Shown here piece by piece: positions 23,141 to 31,628 of a stretch of 34,341 nucleotides of DNA; the stretch's first letter is position 1; each line of letters starts with the position of its first letter. The notes beneath the pieces are model-generated. The model searched no databases, was not told where the DNA came from, and saw only the letters and a list, made by a program, of their open reading frames with translations. Location: positions 1 to 34,341 of the forward strand of contig CBDVDF010000001.1 of NCBI GenBank assembly GCA_965372675.1. The letters are read 5' to 3'. The stretch is from an uncultured Desulfobacterales bacterium (GTDB lineage: Bacteria > Desulfobacterota > Desulfobulbia > Desulfobulbales > JAGXFP01). A program made the translations under genes and the position numbers.

Positions 23141-25471
23141 TTACTTTTTCTCTTTCCAGACAGTGCCTTTCGCCATATCAACAACCTCTATCCCCTTATC
23201 GGCCAGCTGCTCACGGACCCCGTCAGCTTTCTCCCAGTCGCCATTCCTTCTGGCCTCTTCCCGCTCACGGATCAGCTTGTCGATCTCCGGAGCCAGCGGA
23301 CATTTGTCCAGGCTGAGCAGATTGAGGATCGAGTCCATGCGCCGCAGGGCCTCAAGGATATACTCCTTCTGGTCCCGATCCAGTTGACCTTCATTAACGA
23401 TCGGATTGGTCTTTTTAACGAAATCGAAGATCGAACCGAAGGCCTTTGAGGTATTAAGATCATCGTCCAGGGCCGCAAAGAAGCCGTCTTCCATCTCGGT
23501 CAGATAAGTGGCAACTTCCGGGTGGGGCAAGCCCGGCGGCAGGCAGAGCAGCTTGGTACAGAATTCGTCGAGCCGTTTGAGGCTCTTCAGGGCGGCATCA
23601 AATTTCTTGAAGGTGAAATTGATCGGCTTCCGATAGTGGGTCCGCAGCAGATAATATCTGACATCCCGGGCCGAATAGCCCTTGTTGATCAAATCCTGGA
23701 GAGTCAGAAGATTGCCGGTCTCGCGGCTCATCTTTTTCCCTTCAACCAGGAACAACTCGCTATGCAGCCAGTAGTTGGCCAGCGGCTTGCCGCTTAAGGC
23801 CTCAGCGATGGCGATCTCGTTCTCATGATGCGGGAACATCAGGTCGCGGCTGCTGGAGTGGATATCGATCGTATCGCCGAGGAAATGGCAGGACATGGCA
23901 GCGCATTCAATGTGCCAGCCGGGTCGCATCTTGCCCCATTCGGTCTCAAAAAAGATGCCGCTCTTCAATTCGGTGAGGGCCGAGCGCTTCAGCAGGGTAA
24001 AATCGACCGGGCTGTCCTTTTCATAATTATCCAGGTCAACCGTCTTGCCGGACTGGATCTTACTGAGGTCCACCCCGGACAGTCTCCCATAGTTAGTGAA
24101 CTTGGAGATATCAAAATAGATCGAGCCATGTTTTTCGTAGGCAAAGCCCTTTTTAACCAGCTCTCTGGACATATCGATCATCCGGGAGACATGTTCGGAG
24201 GCTTGGGGATAACCGGTCGCCGGTAAGACGCCAAGGGCTTTAATATCCTTCTTGAACTGTTCGACATAGCGGATCGTAAATTCTTTGACCGATTCACCTG
24301 CCTCTTCAGCACCTTTTATCGTATTGTCATCCAGGTCGGTGAAGTTCATGTAGAACTTGACCTCATACCCTTTGCTGGCCAGGACCCGATTGACCAGATC
24401 TGAGTGAATGAACCGGCGGCAATGACCCAGAGAGGCCAGCTCGTAGGCCGTGGGTCCGCAAGTATAAAAGGTGACCTGCTTTTCCTTGATCGGCTTGAAG
24501 ATCTCTTTGCGTCTGGCCAGGGTGTTGTAAAAACGCAGCCGCGATGATGATTCCGTCTCTTCGACCGGCTTCTCGGCGCTGAACAGAGGGGTTGAAAGAT
24601 ACTTCTCGCCGCCGTCCGGGACGATGACCACTATAAGCCCTTTTTTGATCTGCTCGGCCCTGGTCAGGGCGGCACAGAGAGCGGCCCCGGAGCTCATCCC
24701 GACAAAGATCCCCTCCCGCTCCGCCAGCTGCCTGGCCTTGGCAAAGGCCTCTTCATCCGGGATGTTGATCACCTGGTGGGGCTCGGTACGCCTGAAGATC
24801 CCCGGCACATAGGATTCCTTCATATTCTTGAGCCCCTGGAGCTTATGGCCCAGAAAGGGCTCCATGGCGGTAACCTTGACCTCAGGATGATGCTCGGCAA
24901 AATATCGGCAGAGGCCCATGGCAGTGCCGGTGGTGCCCAGGGTGGAGATTACATCGGTGACCTTGCCGTCGGTCTGCTCCCAGATCTCGGGACCGGTGAA
25001 CTTATAATGGGTCCGCCAGTTCTCATCGTTGTTGAATTGATCGGTCAGGAAATAGCGATCTGGATGCTCCCTGGCCATGGCATAGGCCTGCTCGATGGCC
25101 CCGTCCGTGGATCGTTTGGCCGGGGTCAGCAGGATCTCCGCACCATAGGCGGTCATGATCTTGCGGCGTTCGATACTGGCCGATTCAGGCATCACCAGTT
25201 GACAACGATAACCCTTGATCGCACAGACCATGGCCAGACCGATGCCGGTGTTACCGCTGGTCGCTTCGAGGACGATCCGGTCCGGGGTCAACTCACCCTT
25301 CTGCTCGGCGACCTCGATCATATTCAGGGCGATCCGGTCTTTTACCGAACCGCCGGGATTAAAGGATTCCAGCTTGGCAAAGATGGTGACATTCTTGAAA
25401 GGGTTCAGGCGTCCGATCGGCACGATCGGGGTGTTGCCGATCAGATCGAGAATGGTTTTCTTATTTTTCAT
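23141..25471 (-). CDS. fusion protein: CysK/CysM-type cysteine synthase (N-terminal) plus cysteinyl-tRNA-synthetase-like domain (C-terminal)
   Basis: 776 aa from the ATG at 25469-25471 (the ORF track starts at TTG 25495, 784 aa). The N-part has NPGGSVKDR, TSGNTG and GTTGT. The C-part has FYNTLARRKEIFKP, TCGPT, GWHIEC, FPHHENE, KMSRE, DDDLNT and a C-terminal helical domain. There is no stop between the domains. Confidence 0.85.
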   Translation of the reverse strand: MKNKKTILDLIGNTPIVPIGRLNPFKNVTIFAKLESFNPGGSVKDRIALNMIEVAEQKGELTPDRIVLEATSGNTGIGLAMVCAIKGYRCQLVMPESASIERRKIMTAYGAEILLTPAKRSTDGAIEQAYAMAREHPDRYFLTDQFNNDENWRTHYKFTGPEIWEQTDGKVTDVISTLGTTGTAMGLCRYFAEHHPEVKVTAMEPFLGHKLQGLKNMKESYVPGIFRRTEPHQVINIPDEEAFAKARQLAEREGIFVGMSSGAALCAALTRAEQIKKGLIVVIVPDGGEKYLSTPLFSAEKPVEETESSSRLRFYNTLARRKEIFKPIKEKQVTFYTCGPTAYELASLGHCRRFIHSDLVNRVLASKGYEVKFYMNFTDLDDNTIKGAEEAGESVKEFTIRYVEQFKKDIKALGVLPATGYPQASEHVSRMIDMSRELVKKGFAYEKHGSIYFDISKFTNYGRLSGVDLSKIQSGKTVDLDNYEKDSPVDFTLLKRSALTELKSGIFFETEWGKMRPGWHIECAAMSCHFLGDTIDIHSSSRDLMFPHHENEIAIAEALSGKPLANYWLHSELFLVEGKKMSRETGNLLTLQDLINKGYSARDVRYYLLRTHYRKPINFTFKKFDAALKSLKRLDEFCTKLLCLPPGLPHPEVATYLTEMEDGFFAALDDDLNTSKAFGSIFDFVKKTNPIVNEGQLDRDQKEYILEALRRMDSILNLLSLDKCPLAPEIDKLIREREEARRNGDWEKADGVREQLADKGIEVVDMAKGTVWKEKK

Positions 25472-25554
25472 ATTAGCCTTGCTTGAATCTGTCAAAATAC
25501 CCGGACAAACCGCTTTAACTTAGCGCACAAACCCCTATTTTTACTGTTTGACCA

Positions 25555-25590
25555 ACAAAAAAGCAAGCTCCCACAGAGGGGAGCTTGCTT
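25555..25590 (-). terminator. rho-independent terminator after dsrP
   Basis: Stem AAGCAAGCTCCC (25561-25572) / GGGAGCTTGCTT (25579-25590), loop ACAGAG. The A-run on the left gives a U-run on the minus strand. Confidence 0.7.
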
Positions 25591-25637
25591 GATCAGATCA
25601 ATAAAACCTGACTGCAATCAAAAGTAGATCAATTCGA

Positions 25638-26810
25638 TCAGCTCTCGTCTGCAAGCTTGACCGAGATCGCCACCTTGTAGAGAATGGTGAGGATAAATGC
25701 CCCGGTCGCCCAGACTGCGGCAGTGATGCCAAGCTCTATCTTGGACGGATAATATTCGACGATGTACTCAAGGGGAGTCGGCACAAAACCGGCAAGTACC
25801 AGGCCAAGACCCTTGTCGATCCACAGGGACAGGAAGATGGCGCCACAGAGCCAGCCGATCTTGCAGTAACTGTCACGCATCTTCGGAAAGAGCAGAGCGA
25901 TGGTGGCACCCAAACCGATCACCACTGAAAAGCGCATCGGACCGACCAGGTTGTCGTAGACGTTGCCGGCACTATCAGTCAGGCCGAAGAACAGGTAATC
26001 CAGGGTATGCATATGGCCCGGGATATTACTGTAATAGCCGACGAACAGCTCAAGACCGACAAAGAAGAAGTTAAGGATCGCCGCATAGGTGATGATGGTC
26101 ACCAGCTTGTCGATCGCCTCCTTGCCGGCATCAAAAGACGTGTAACGGCGGAGGATCAGGGCACAGATCACCAGCAGGGACGGACCGGCCGCAAAGGCCG
26201 AAGCCAGAAAGCGAGGGGCCAGAATGGCGGTCAGCCAGTAATGACGTCCGGGCAGACCACAGTAGAGAAAGGCGGTAACCGTATGGATACTGATCGCCCA
26301 GGGGATCGAGAGATAGATCATCCACTTGACCCATTTAGGCGGCGGCACGTTCTTCTTCACAGAATTGAGAATCATCCAGCCACCGACAAGGTTCAGGAAC
26401 AGATAGCCGTTCAGGACGATCATATCCCAGAAGAGGATCGAGTTGGGGGTCGGGTACAACAACACATTCAGGGCCCGCATCGGCTGACCGAGGTCGGCCA
26501 TGATGAACATCAGGCACATGGAAACTGCAGCCACGGCCATGAACTCGCCGAGAATGGTGATCCGCCCGAAGGCCTTATAGTTGTGAAGATAGTATGGCAG
26601 GACCAGCATTACACCACCGGCAGCCACCCCGACCAGGAAGGTGAACTGGGAGATATAAAGACCCCAGGAGACATCCCGGCTCATGCCGGTGATGCCCAGA
26701 CCATAGTTGAACTGCTGGAGGTAGCAATAGCCACCTACACCCATGATGGCGAGGAGAGTAGCCAGCCAGGTAAAGTATAATCTGTTACCAGATAGTGCTT
26801 TTTCAATCAT
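25638..26810 (-). CDS. dsrP: DsrP, NrfD/PsrC-family integral membrane subunit
   Basis: 390 aa, about 10 TM helices. Last gene of a five-gene cluster with the exact DsrMKJOP subunit composition. GAGGTG Shine-Dalgarno. Confidence 0.85.
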   Translation of the reverse strand: MIEKALSGNRLYFTWLATLLAIMGVGGYCYLQQFNYGLGITGMSRDVSWGLYISQFTFLVGVAAGGVMLVLPYYLHNYKAFGRITILGEFMAVAAVSMCLMFIMADLGQPMRALNVLLYPTPNSILFWDMIVLNGYLFLNLVGGWMILNSVKKNVPPPKWVKWMIYLSIPWAISIHTVTAFLYCGLPGRHYWLTAILAPRFLASAFAAGPSLLVICALILRRYTSFDAGKEAIDKLVTIITYAAILNFFFVGLELFVGYYSNIPGHMHTLDYLFFGLTDSAGNVYDNLVGPMRFSVVIGLGATIALLFPKMRDSYCKIGWLCGAIFLSLWIDKGLGLVLAGFVPTPLEYIVEYYPSKIELGITAAVWATGAFILTILYKVAISVKLADES

Positions 26811-26822
26811 GACTTTTCACCT

Positions 26823-27650
26823 CTATATGATGTAGAAAACCGACGGCTTGGTGCCAAGCGCCGGTTTCCGCTGAATAGTAAACTTCTCTTTCAAAACCTG
26901 TGAAACCTCGGAGTGAGGATCGTTCAGGTCGCCAAAGACGATCGCATTGGAGGGGCGGCTGGCTTCGGCACAGGCCGGCATCTTGCCCTCGGCCAGACGC
27001 TCGGCGCACATATTGCATTTTTCAACAACCCCGCGCATCCTGGTCGGGAACTCCGTATTGACATTCTTAATGAATTTATAGTTGCCCTGCTCATCAAGTT
27101 CCCGGGGACTGCGCCAGTTGAAGCTCCGGGCTCCGTAAGGACAGGCGGCCATACAGAAGCGACAACCGATGCAGCGATGAAAATCCATCAAGACCATCCC
27201 GTCATCATTCTTGAAGGTCGCCTGGGTCGGGCAAGCCCGCACGCAGGGTGGATTGTCACAGTGATTACAGAAGGTCATGATCGGGGTCTCCTGCAACCGC
27301 TCATTTTTCTTGTAATGACTGTGGTCCGGGAAAGTATGCTCAAATTTCTCGGCCCAGATCCACTTGATCTCGTCCTTCTTGTTGTCTTTCCCGAAGTCAG
27401 GGACGTTATGGATCGAATGGCAGGCGTTGACACAACGCTGGGCCAGGTCTTTATCCGCCGCAAATTTCTCGACATCAATTACGAAACCATAGCGTTTACC
27501 GGAGATCGCCTCTACCGCGCCGTGCCCACCGCCGGAGGAAGAGGCAATAGCCTCCCCTTTCAGCAAACTGCTGAAGGCAGTAGGAGCAGCAATTCCGGCA
27601 ATAGCTGAAATACCTGCTATCTTAAGAAATTTTCTTCTGCTGTTATCCAT
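26823..27650 (-). CDS. dsrO: DsrO, Tat-exported 4Fe-4S ferredoxin-like subunit
   Basis: 275 aa. Twin-arginine leader MDNSRRKFLKIAG.... Multiple Cys clusters (CNHCDNPPCVRACP, CIGCRFCMAACP, CNMCAERL). Confidence 0.85.
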   Translation of the reverse strand: MDNSRRKFLKIAGISAIAGIAAPTAFSSLLKGEAIASSSGGGHGAVEAISGKRYGFVIDVEKFAADKDLAQRCVNACHSIHNVPDFGKDNKKDEIKWIWAEKFEHTFPDHSHYKKNERLQETPIMTFCNHCDNPPCVRACPTQATFKNDDGMVLMDFHRCIGCRFCMAACPYGARSFNWRSPRELDEQGNYKFIKNVNTEFPTRMRGVVEKCNMCAERLAEGKMPACAEASRPSNAIVFGDLNDPHSEVSQVLKEKFTIQRKPALGTKPSVFYII

Positions 27651-28045
27651 TAGTTGGCCTCCTTAGGCTGGATATGACAATCCCAGCAATAAGGTTTAAC
27701 GGCTGCATATGTATGGCACTCATCGCAGAATTTCTTCTTGCTGACGTGACAGTTCATACAACCCTTCTGCAGACTCCTGACATACTCAATGCCGCTGGCC
27801 TCGGTCTTATCGTGCCGCAGGCCGCCGGAACGAACGACGTCGTCCCGCCAATCATTGAGCAGAACCATATGTGAGCTCCGCATATATTCCGTTGATTTCA
27901 CACATTCCTTGGCATTGGTCGGCTTTTCCGGATTGGGAAGCGGACCGGCCGTAGTGCTATAGCCGTACCAGATCGGAAATGTGACCAGGCCAACAAAAAC
28001 TATCAAACCGGGTATAATTTTTCCTGTATCGTACATCGATATCAC
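27650..28045 (-). CDS. dsrJ: DsrJ, membrane-anchored triheme cytochrome c
   Basis: 131 aa. N-terminal TM anchor and three CxxCH motifs (CMNCH, CDECH, CWDCH). The start is GTG 28045 or ATG 28036. Confidence 0.85.
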   Translation of the reverse strand: MISMYDTGKIIPGLIVFVGLVTFPIWYGYSTTAGPLPNPEKPTNAKECVKSTEYMRSSHMVLLNDWRDDVVRSGGLRHDKTEASGIEYVRSLQKGCMNCHVSKKKFCDECHTYAAVKPYCWDCHIQPKEAN

Positions 28046-29694
28046 CCTTCCATTCCTGCAAGAGGCTCGAACCGGAGTCCGGAATCTCTCTCTTTTTCAC
28101 CTTCCATGATCAAGGCGTTACCGACCAATTCGGAAATACCACATACCTCAACTTCCGGGTTCCAGTACTCCATCAGGGCAAGCAAGGTCGCCCGGTCAAT
28201 GGCACATACACAAGAAAGCATGTTGACCCCGTGCTTGTCATGGACATGCTTGACGGCGTTCGCCCTCGGCAAACCGCCCCGCATCCTCAGGTCCATGATC
28301 TCTCCTGTGTTCAGACCGGTGCCGCTACCACAGCAGAAGGTCTGCTCGCGGATAGTATTTTCCGGCATCTCATGGAAGTTGTTACAAACCGCATCGAGAA
28401 TAACCCGCGGCTCATCGAGCAACCCCATACCCCGGGCCGGATTACAGGAATCATGAAAAGTAGCAATCCGATGGTCATTACGGGACTTGTCAAGCTTCAA
28501 CTTGCCATGCTTGATCAGATCGGCGGTGAACTCGCTGATATGGACCATCTTGGTAGAGGCGGCATTCTCGAAAACCGTGCCGGTGATCGGGGACTTCGGA
28601 ACTTCAAGAAAGTCCGCCGGACCGTTCATGGTGTCCATATACTGGTGGATCACCCTCCACATATGGCCACACTCGCCACCGAGGATCCATTTGACCCCCA
28701 GACGCTTGGCCTCGGCGTACATCTTGCCGTTCAATTTCTTCATCAACTCGTTGTTGGTAAAGGAACCGAAGTTACCACCCTCAGAGGCATAGGTGCTGAT
28801 CGTGTAATCAAGTCCGATATGATCAAAAAGAAGCAGATAGCCCATAAAGGTGTAGATGCCGGGCTCGGCGAAGACATCTGCCGAAGGGATAACGAACAGA
28901 ACCTCGGCGCCCTTGCGGTTAAAAGAAAGGCTATTCAGTTTCAGACCGGTGACCTCCTCGATATCATCGAGAAGGAACTCGGCGTTCTGTTTAAAGGTAT
29001 GGGGCTGGAGACCAAGATGGTTACCGGTCCGGTTGGAGTTGGAAGCCGGCTCCAGGATCCAGTTGGTACCGACCCCGACCAGATGGAGAAGCTCTCTGGC
29101 CATCATGGTGATCTCGGCCGTATCAATACCGTACGGACAGAAGACCGAACAGCGCCGACACTCGGTGCACTGGTAGAAATACATGAACCACTCTTTGAGA
29201 ACCCCGAAGGTCATCTCGCGGCCACCGGCCAGTTTACCGAGGATCTTGCCGGCCACGGTGAACTCGTTGCGGTATATGGCGCGCAACAGCTCCGCCCTCA
29301 GAACCGGCATATTCTTGGGATCGCCGGTGCCCAGGAAGAAGTGGCACTTGTCAGCGCAGGCGCCGCAGCGCACACAGCAATCCATAAAAACCTTGAAGGA
29401 CCTGAACTTGTCAAGCCGGTCCTTGATGCCCTGGATAATGATCTCCTTCCAGTTCTCCGGAAGTTTCCAGTCGTCAGACTCCACTTCCCATTCACGCGGT
29501 TCTCCGAAGAGACCCTTGCTGCCCAGGTTCTTGTCGAGATATTCGACCATCTCCTTCTTGGCGGGGTAGCAATAGTTGCCGGGCTTGAACACTGCCGGCG
29601 TATCCATCCAATCCTTCTTCGGAATGGCGCCCGTCATCAGCGACGGGTCTTTTGCCACGCTAACGCTCATTTGCTCCACTTTTGTATTTGCCAT
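28042..29694 (-). CDS. dsrK: DsrK, HdrD-like catalytic iron-sulfur subunit
   Basis: 550 aa. Two ferredoxin-type motifs (CVRCGACADKC, CTECRRCSVFCPYG) followed by Cys-rich CCG-type regions (FHDSCNP..., FCCGSG). Confidence 0.9.
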   Translation of the reverse strand: MANTKVEQMSVSVAKDPSLMTGAIPKKDWMDTPAVFKPGNYCYPAKKEMVEYLDKNLGSKGLFGEPREWEVESDDWKLPENWKEIIIQGIKDRLDKFRSFKVFMDCCVRCGACADKCHFFLGTGDPKNMPVLRAELLRAIYRNEFTVAGKILGKLAGGREMTFGVLKEWFMYFYQCTECRRCSVFCPYGIDTAEITMMARELLHLVGVGTNWILEPASNSNRTGNHLGLQPHTFKQNAEFLLDDIEEVTGLKLNSLSFNRKGAEVLFVIPSADVFAEPGIYTFMGYLLLFDHIGLDYTISTYASEGGNFGSFTNNELMKKLNGKMYAEAKRLGVKWILGGECGHMWRVIHQYMDTMNGPADFLEVPKSPITGTVFENAASTKMVHISEFTADLIKHGKLKLDKSRNDHRIATFHDSCNPARGMGLLDEPRVILDAVCNNFHEMPENTIREQTFCCGSGTGLNTGEIMDLRMRGGLPRANAVKHVHDKHGVNMLSCVCAIDRATLLALMEYWNPEVEVCGISELVGNALIMEGEKERDSGLRFEPLAGMEG

Positions 29695-29727
29695 TTTCGC
29701 AATTCCTTATTAGCTGGTGTTTCAGGC

Positions 29728-30837
29728 TTATTCAGATTTATCCGGAGTTTCCTCTGCGGCCGGCGCAGCGGCCTCTGCCGCGGGAGCCTCCTCTGCAGGA
29801 GCTTCCTCCTCAGCCGGTGCTGCAGGCAGTTCCTTGTCGACCGGAATTCCCGCTTCAACCATCGCCTCACGGAAATCATCCTCATAACCGGCATAGGAAT
29901 GCGGTTTGATCGACGGATCGTTCCACGGATTGATATGACGAACCATCCGGCTGTTATTGGCCAGGTTCCTGGTCGGGCTCAGGAAAACACCGCCCATGTG
30001 CATCAGCTTGCTGAATGGGAAGTAAGCCAGCAGAACCGTGACCAGGAAAAGATGGACGAAGAAGAGACCGCCGATCGTTTCGGGGATCAACAGTTCACCT
30101 CTCAGGAATGAGAGAGTTGCCAGACCATGGGTGAACATCTTGATGCTGACCACATCCACCCGGATGAAATAACGCATCAGGACCCCGGTAATGCCGATAC
30201 TGAGGAAGAGGAAGAGCGGGAAGTAATCGGCCTGCAGAGAAATATAACGGATGTTCGGCAGCACGACCCGGCGCAGGAAAAGAAAGGTCACCGCGCCGAT
30301 GAAGACCAGATCGGTCATGTACAGGGTCGGGGCCCCAACCTGCATGAAGGCGTCGCCGAACTCAATGGCATGGACAAAAGCCGGGATCGGATCGGTGAAC
30401 AGGCGCAGGTGCCGGAGGACGATCAGCAGAAAAGAGTAATGGAACATGAGCCCGAAGAGCCAGAGGAACTTACTGGATCCATAAGCCAGTTTCGGCCCAT
30501 CATGAACCTCCGCCCGGGTATTCCTGAAAAGAGATCTGAACAGGAAGACCTCCAGGATCATCCGGCCGATCACCTGGATGGTGGTCGAGGGACAATCAAG
30601 CTTGTCTTGTTTGATCCAGGGCAATGAATTTGCCTGACCGCAGGTCGTCGGGATCCTGAACGGCACAGGGGATTTTGCCCACCATAGTACCTTGGCGATA
30701 AAGAAGATGATGAAGGTGGCAAAGGCCAGGTATGGTAGAACCACCCCGAACAATGCCCGCCCACCTGAGAAAAACGCCCCCAGGTAAGCAACCAGCATCA
30801 GCGCCAGGACAATTAGCAATGCTTGCAGGACTTTCAT
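29728..30837 (-). CDS. dsrM: DsrM, NarI/HdrE-like dihaem b membrane subunit, with an Ala/Glu/Pro-rich C-terminal tail
   Basis: 369 aa, multi-TM with conserved His residues. First gene of the dsrMKJOP set. Tail PAAPAEEEAPAEEAPAAEAAAPAAEETPDKSE. Confidence 0.85.
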   Translation of the reverse strand: MKVLQALLIVLALMLVAYLGAFFSGGRALFGVVLPYLAFATFIIFFIAKVLWWAKSPVPFRIPTTCGQANSLPWIKQDKLDCPSTTIQVIGRMILEVFLFRSLFRNTRAEVHDGPKLAYGSSKFLWLFGLMFHYSFLLIVLRHLRLFTDPIPAFVHAIEFGDAFMQVGAPTLYMTDLVFIGAVTFLFLRRVVLPNIRYISLQADYFPLFLFLSIGITGVLMRYFIRVDVVSIKMFTHGLATLSFLRGELLIPETIGGLFFVHLFLVTVLLAYFPFSKLMHMGGVFLSPTRNLANNSRMVRHINPWNDPSIKPHSYAGYEDDFREAMVEAGIPVDKELPAAPAEEEAPAEEAPAAEAAAPAAEETPDKSE

Positions 30838-30877
30838 TTACTGTTACCTCGCATCTAGTTGACTTGGTTAAGGTTGA

Positions 30878-31420
30878 CTAATCGTTTTCCGCTTTCTGAC
30901 TTTCCATATCCTCCCGCAGCATCGCGGAGGGGCACTTCATATTATCTACCAGGTGATGATTGCCGCGCTGCATCTCCTTGAGCCTTACCTGGAGAAGCCT
31001 TTCCCGGCTCGCCATGTAAAGGTCAAAGGCCTTGAGGGCCAGTTGATCGATCCTGGCCTCAAGTTCCGGCCATTCGCGGTCATACTCCTCTGTCCACTCC
31101 TTGCGGCATTCACTCCTGATGATATCTTTGATCGCAAAAACAAAGGCCAGCGATTCGGCCGGACTTTGCTCGGCCTGAACCGCTCGTAATTTCATCAGCT
31201 GCTCAAGTTTGGCCTGAACATCACCCTGTTCTTCACTGCGCAAATCCCGAAAAAGGGCGGTCAGCCCTTCAGTGAAATTATGGCCCAGGGGGTTGGCAAA
31301 ACGATCGTTCTGGTTTTCCAGAAACTGCAGCGAGTCAGACGGATAGGCCGAAAGAACATGCTTGATCCATTTTTTAACAATTGCCGACTCTTTCTCGGCC
31401 AATAAGGTCAGTATCTTCAT
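30878..31420 (-). CDS. dsrT: DsrT-like protein (RsbRD-N-terminal-like helical domain)
   Basis: 180 aa immediately upstream of dsrM. The N-terminus SAIVKKWIKHVLSAYPSDSLQFLENQNDRFANPLGHNF resembles the family usually found in this position. Assigned by position and resemblance only. Confidence 0.45.
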   Translation of the reverse strand: MKILTLLAEKESAIVKKWIKHVLSAYPSDSLQFLENQNDRFANPLGHNFTEGLTALFRDLRSEEQGDVQAKLEQLMKLRAVQAEQSPAESLAFVFAIKDIIRSECRKEWTEEYDREWPELEARIDQLALKAFDLYMASRERLLQVRLKEMQRGNHHLVDNMKCPSAMLREDMESQKAEND

Positions 31421-31628
31421 TTAATGAAACTCAAGACAGAAATTTCCCCCCGGAATCCACTCGAAATATGAATGGTGGTTCAGTTGTAGCCAGAAGACCT
31501 ATCATGTTTACGATCATTAATCAACAACAAAAGAGCAAGAATCATTCCTGGAAACTTAGAGCTTAAACGAGGACAGGCAACAGTTCTGGGGCACAAACTC
31601 AAAGGCACATCACCCTTTGAAAAAGCGC

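Noticed and set aside
29667-29909. Two 75-aa ORFs on opposite strands, rich in Pro/Arg/Gln/Leu.
   Set aside because: They are alternative frames of the low-complexity GC-rich segment that encodes the Ala/Glu/Pro tail of DsrM.
28231-30111. 626-aa plus-strand ORF, the longest alternative ORF in the window.
   Set aside because: It is entirely antisense to dsrK and dsrM, whose own frames carry clear Fe-S/CCG and membrane-haem-protein signatures. It has no start context and no motifs, so I treat it as a shadow ORF.
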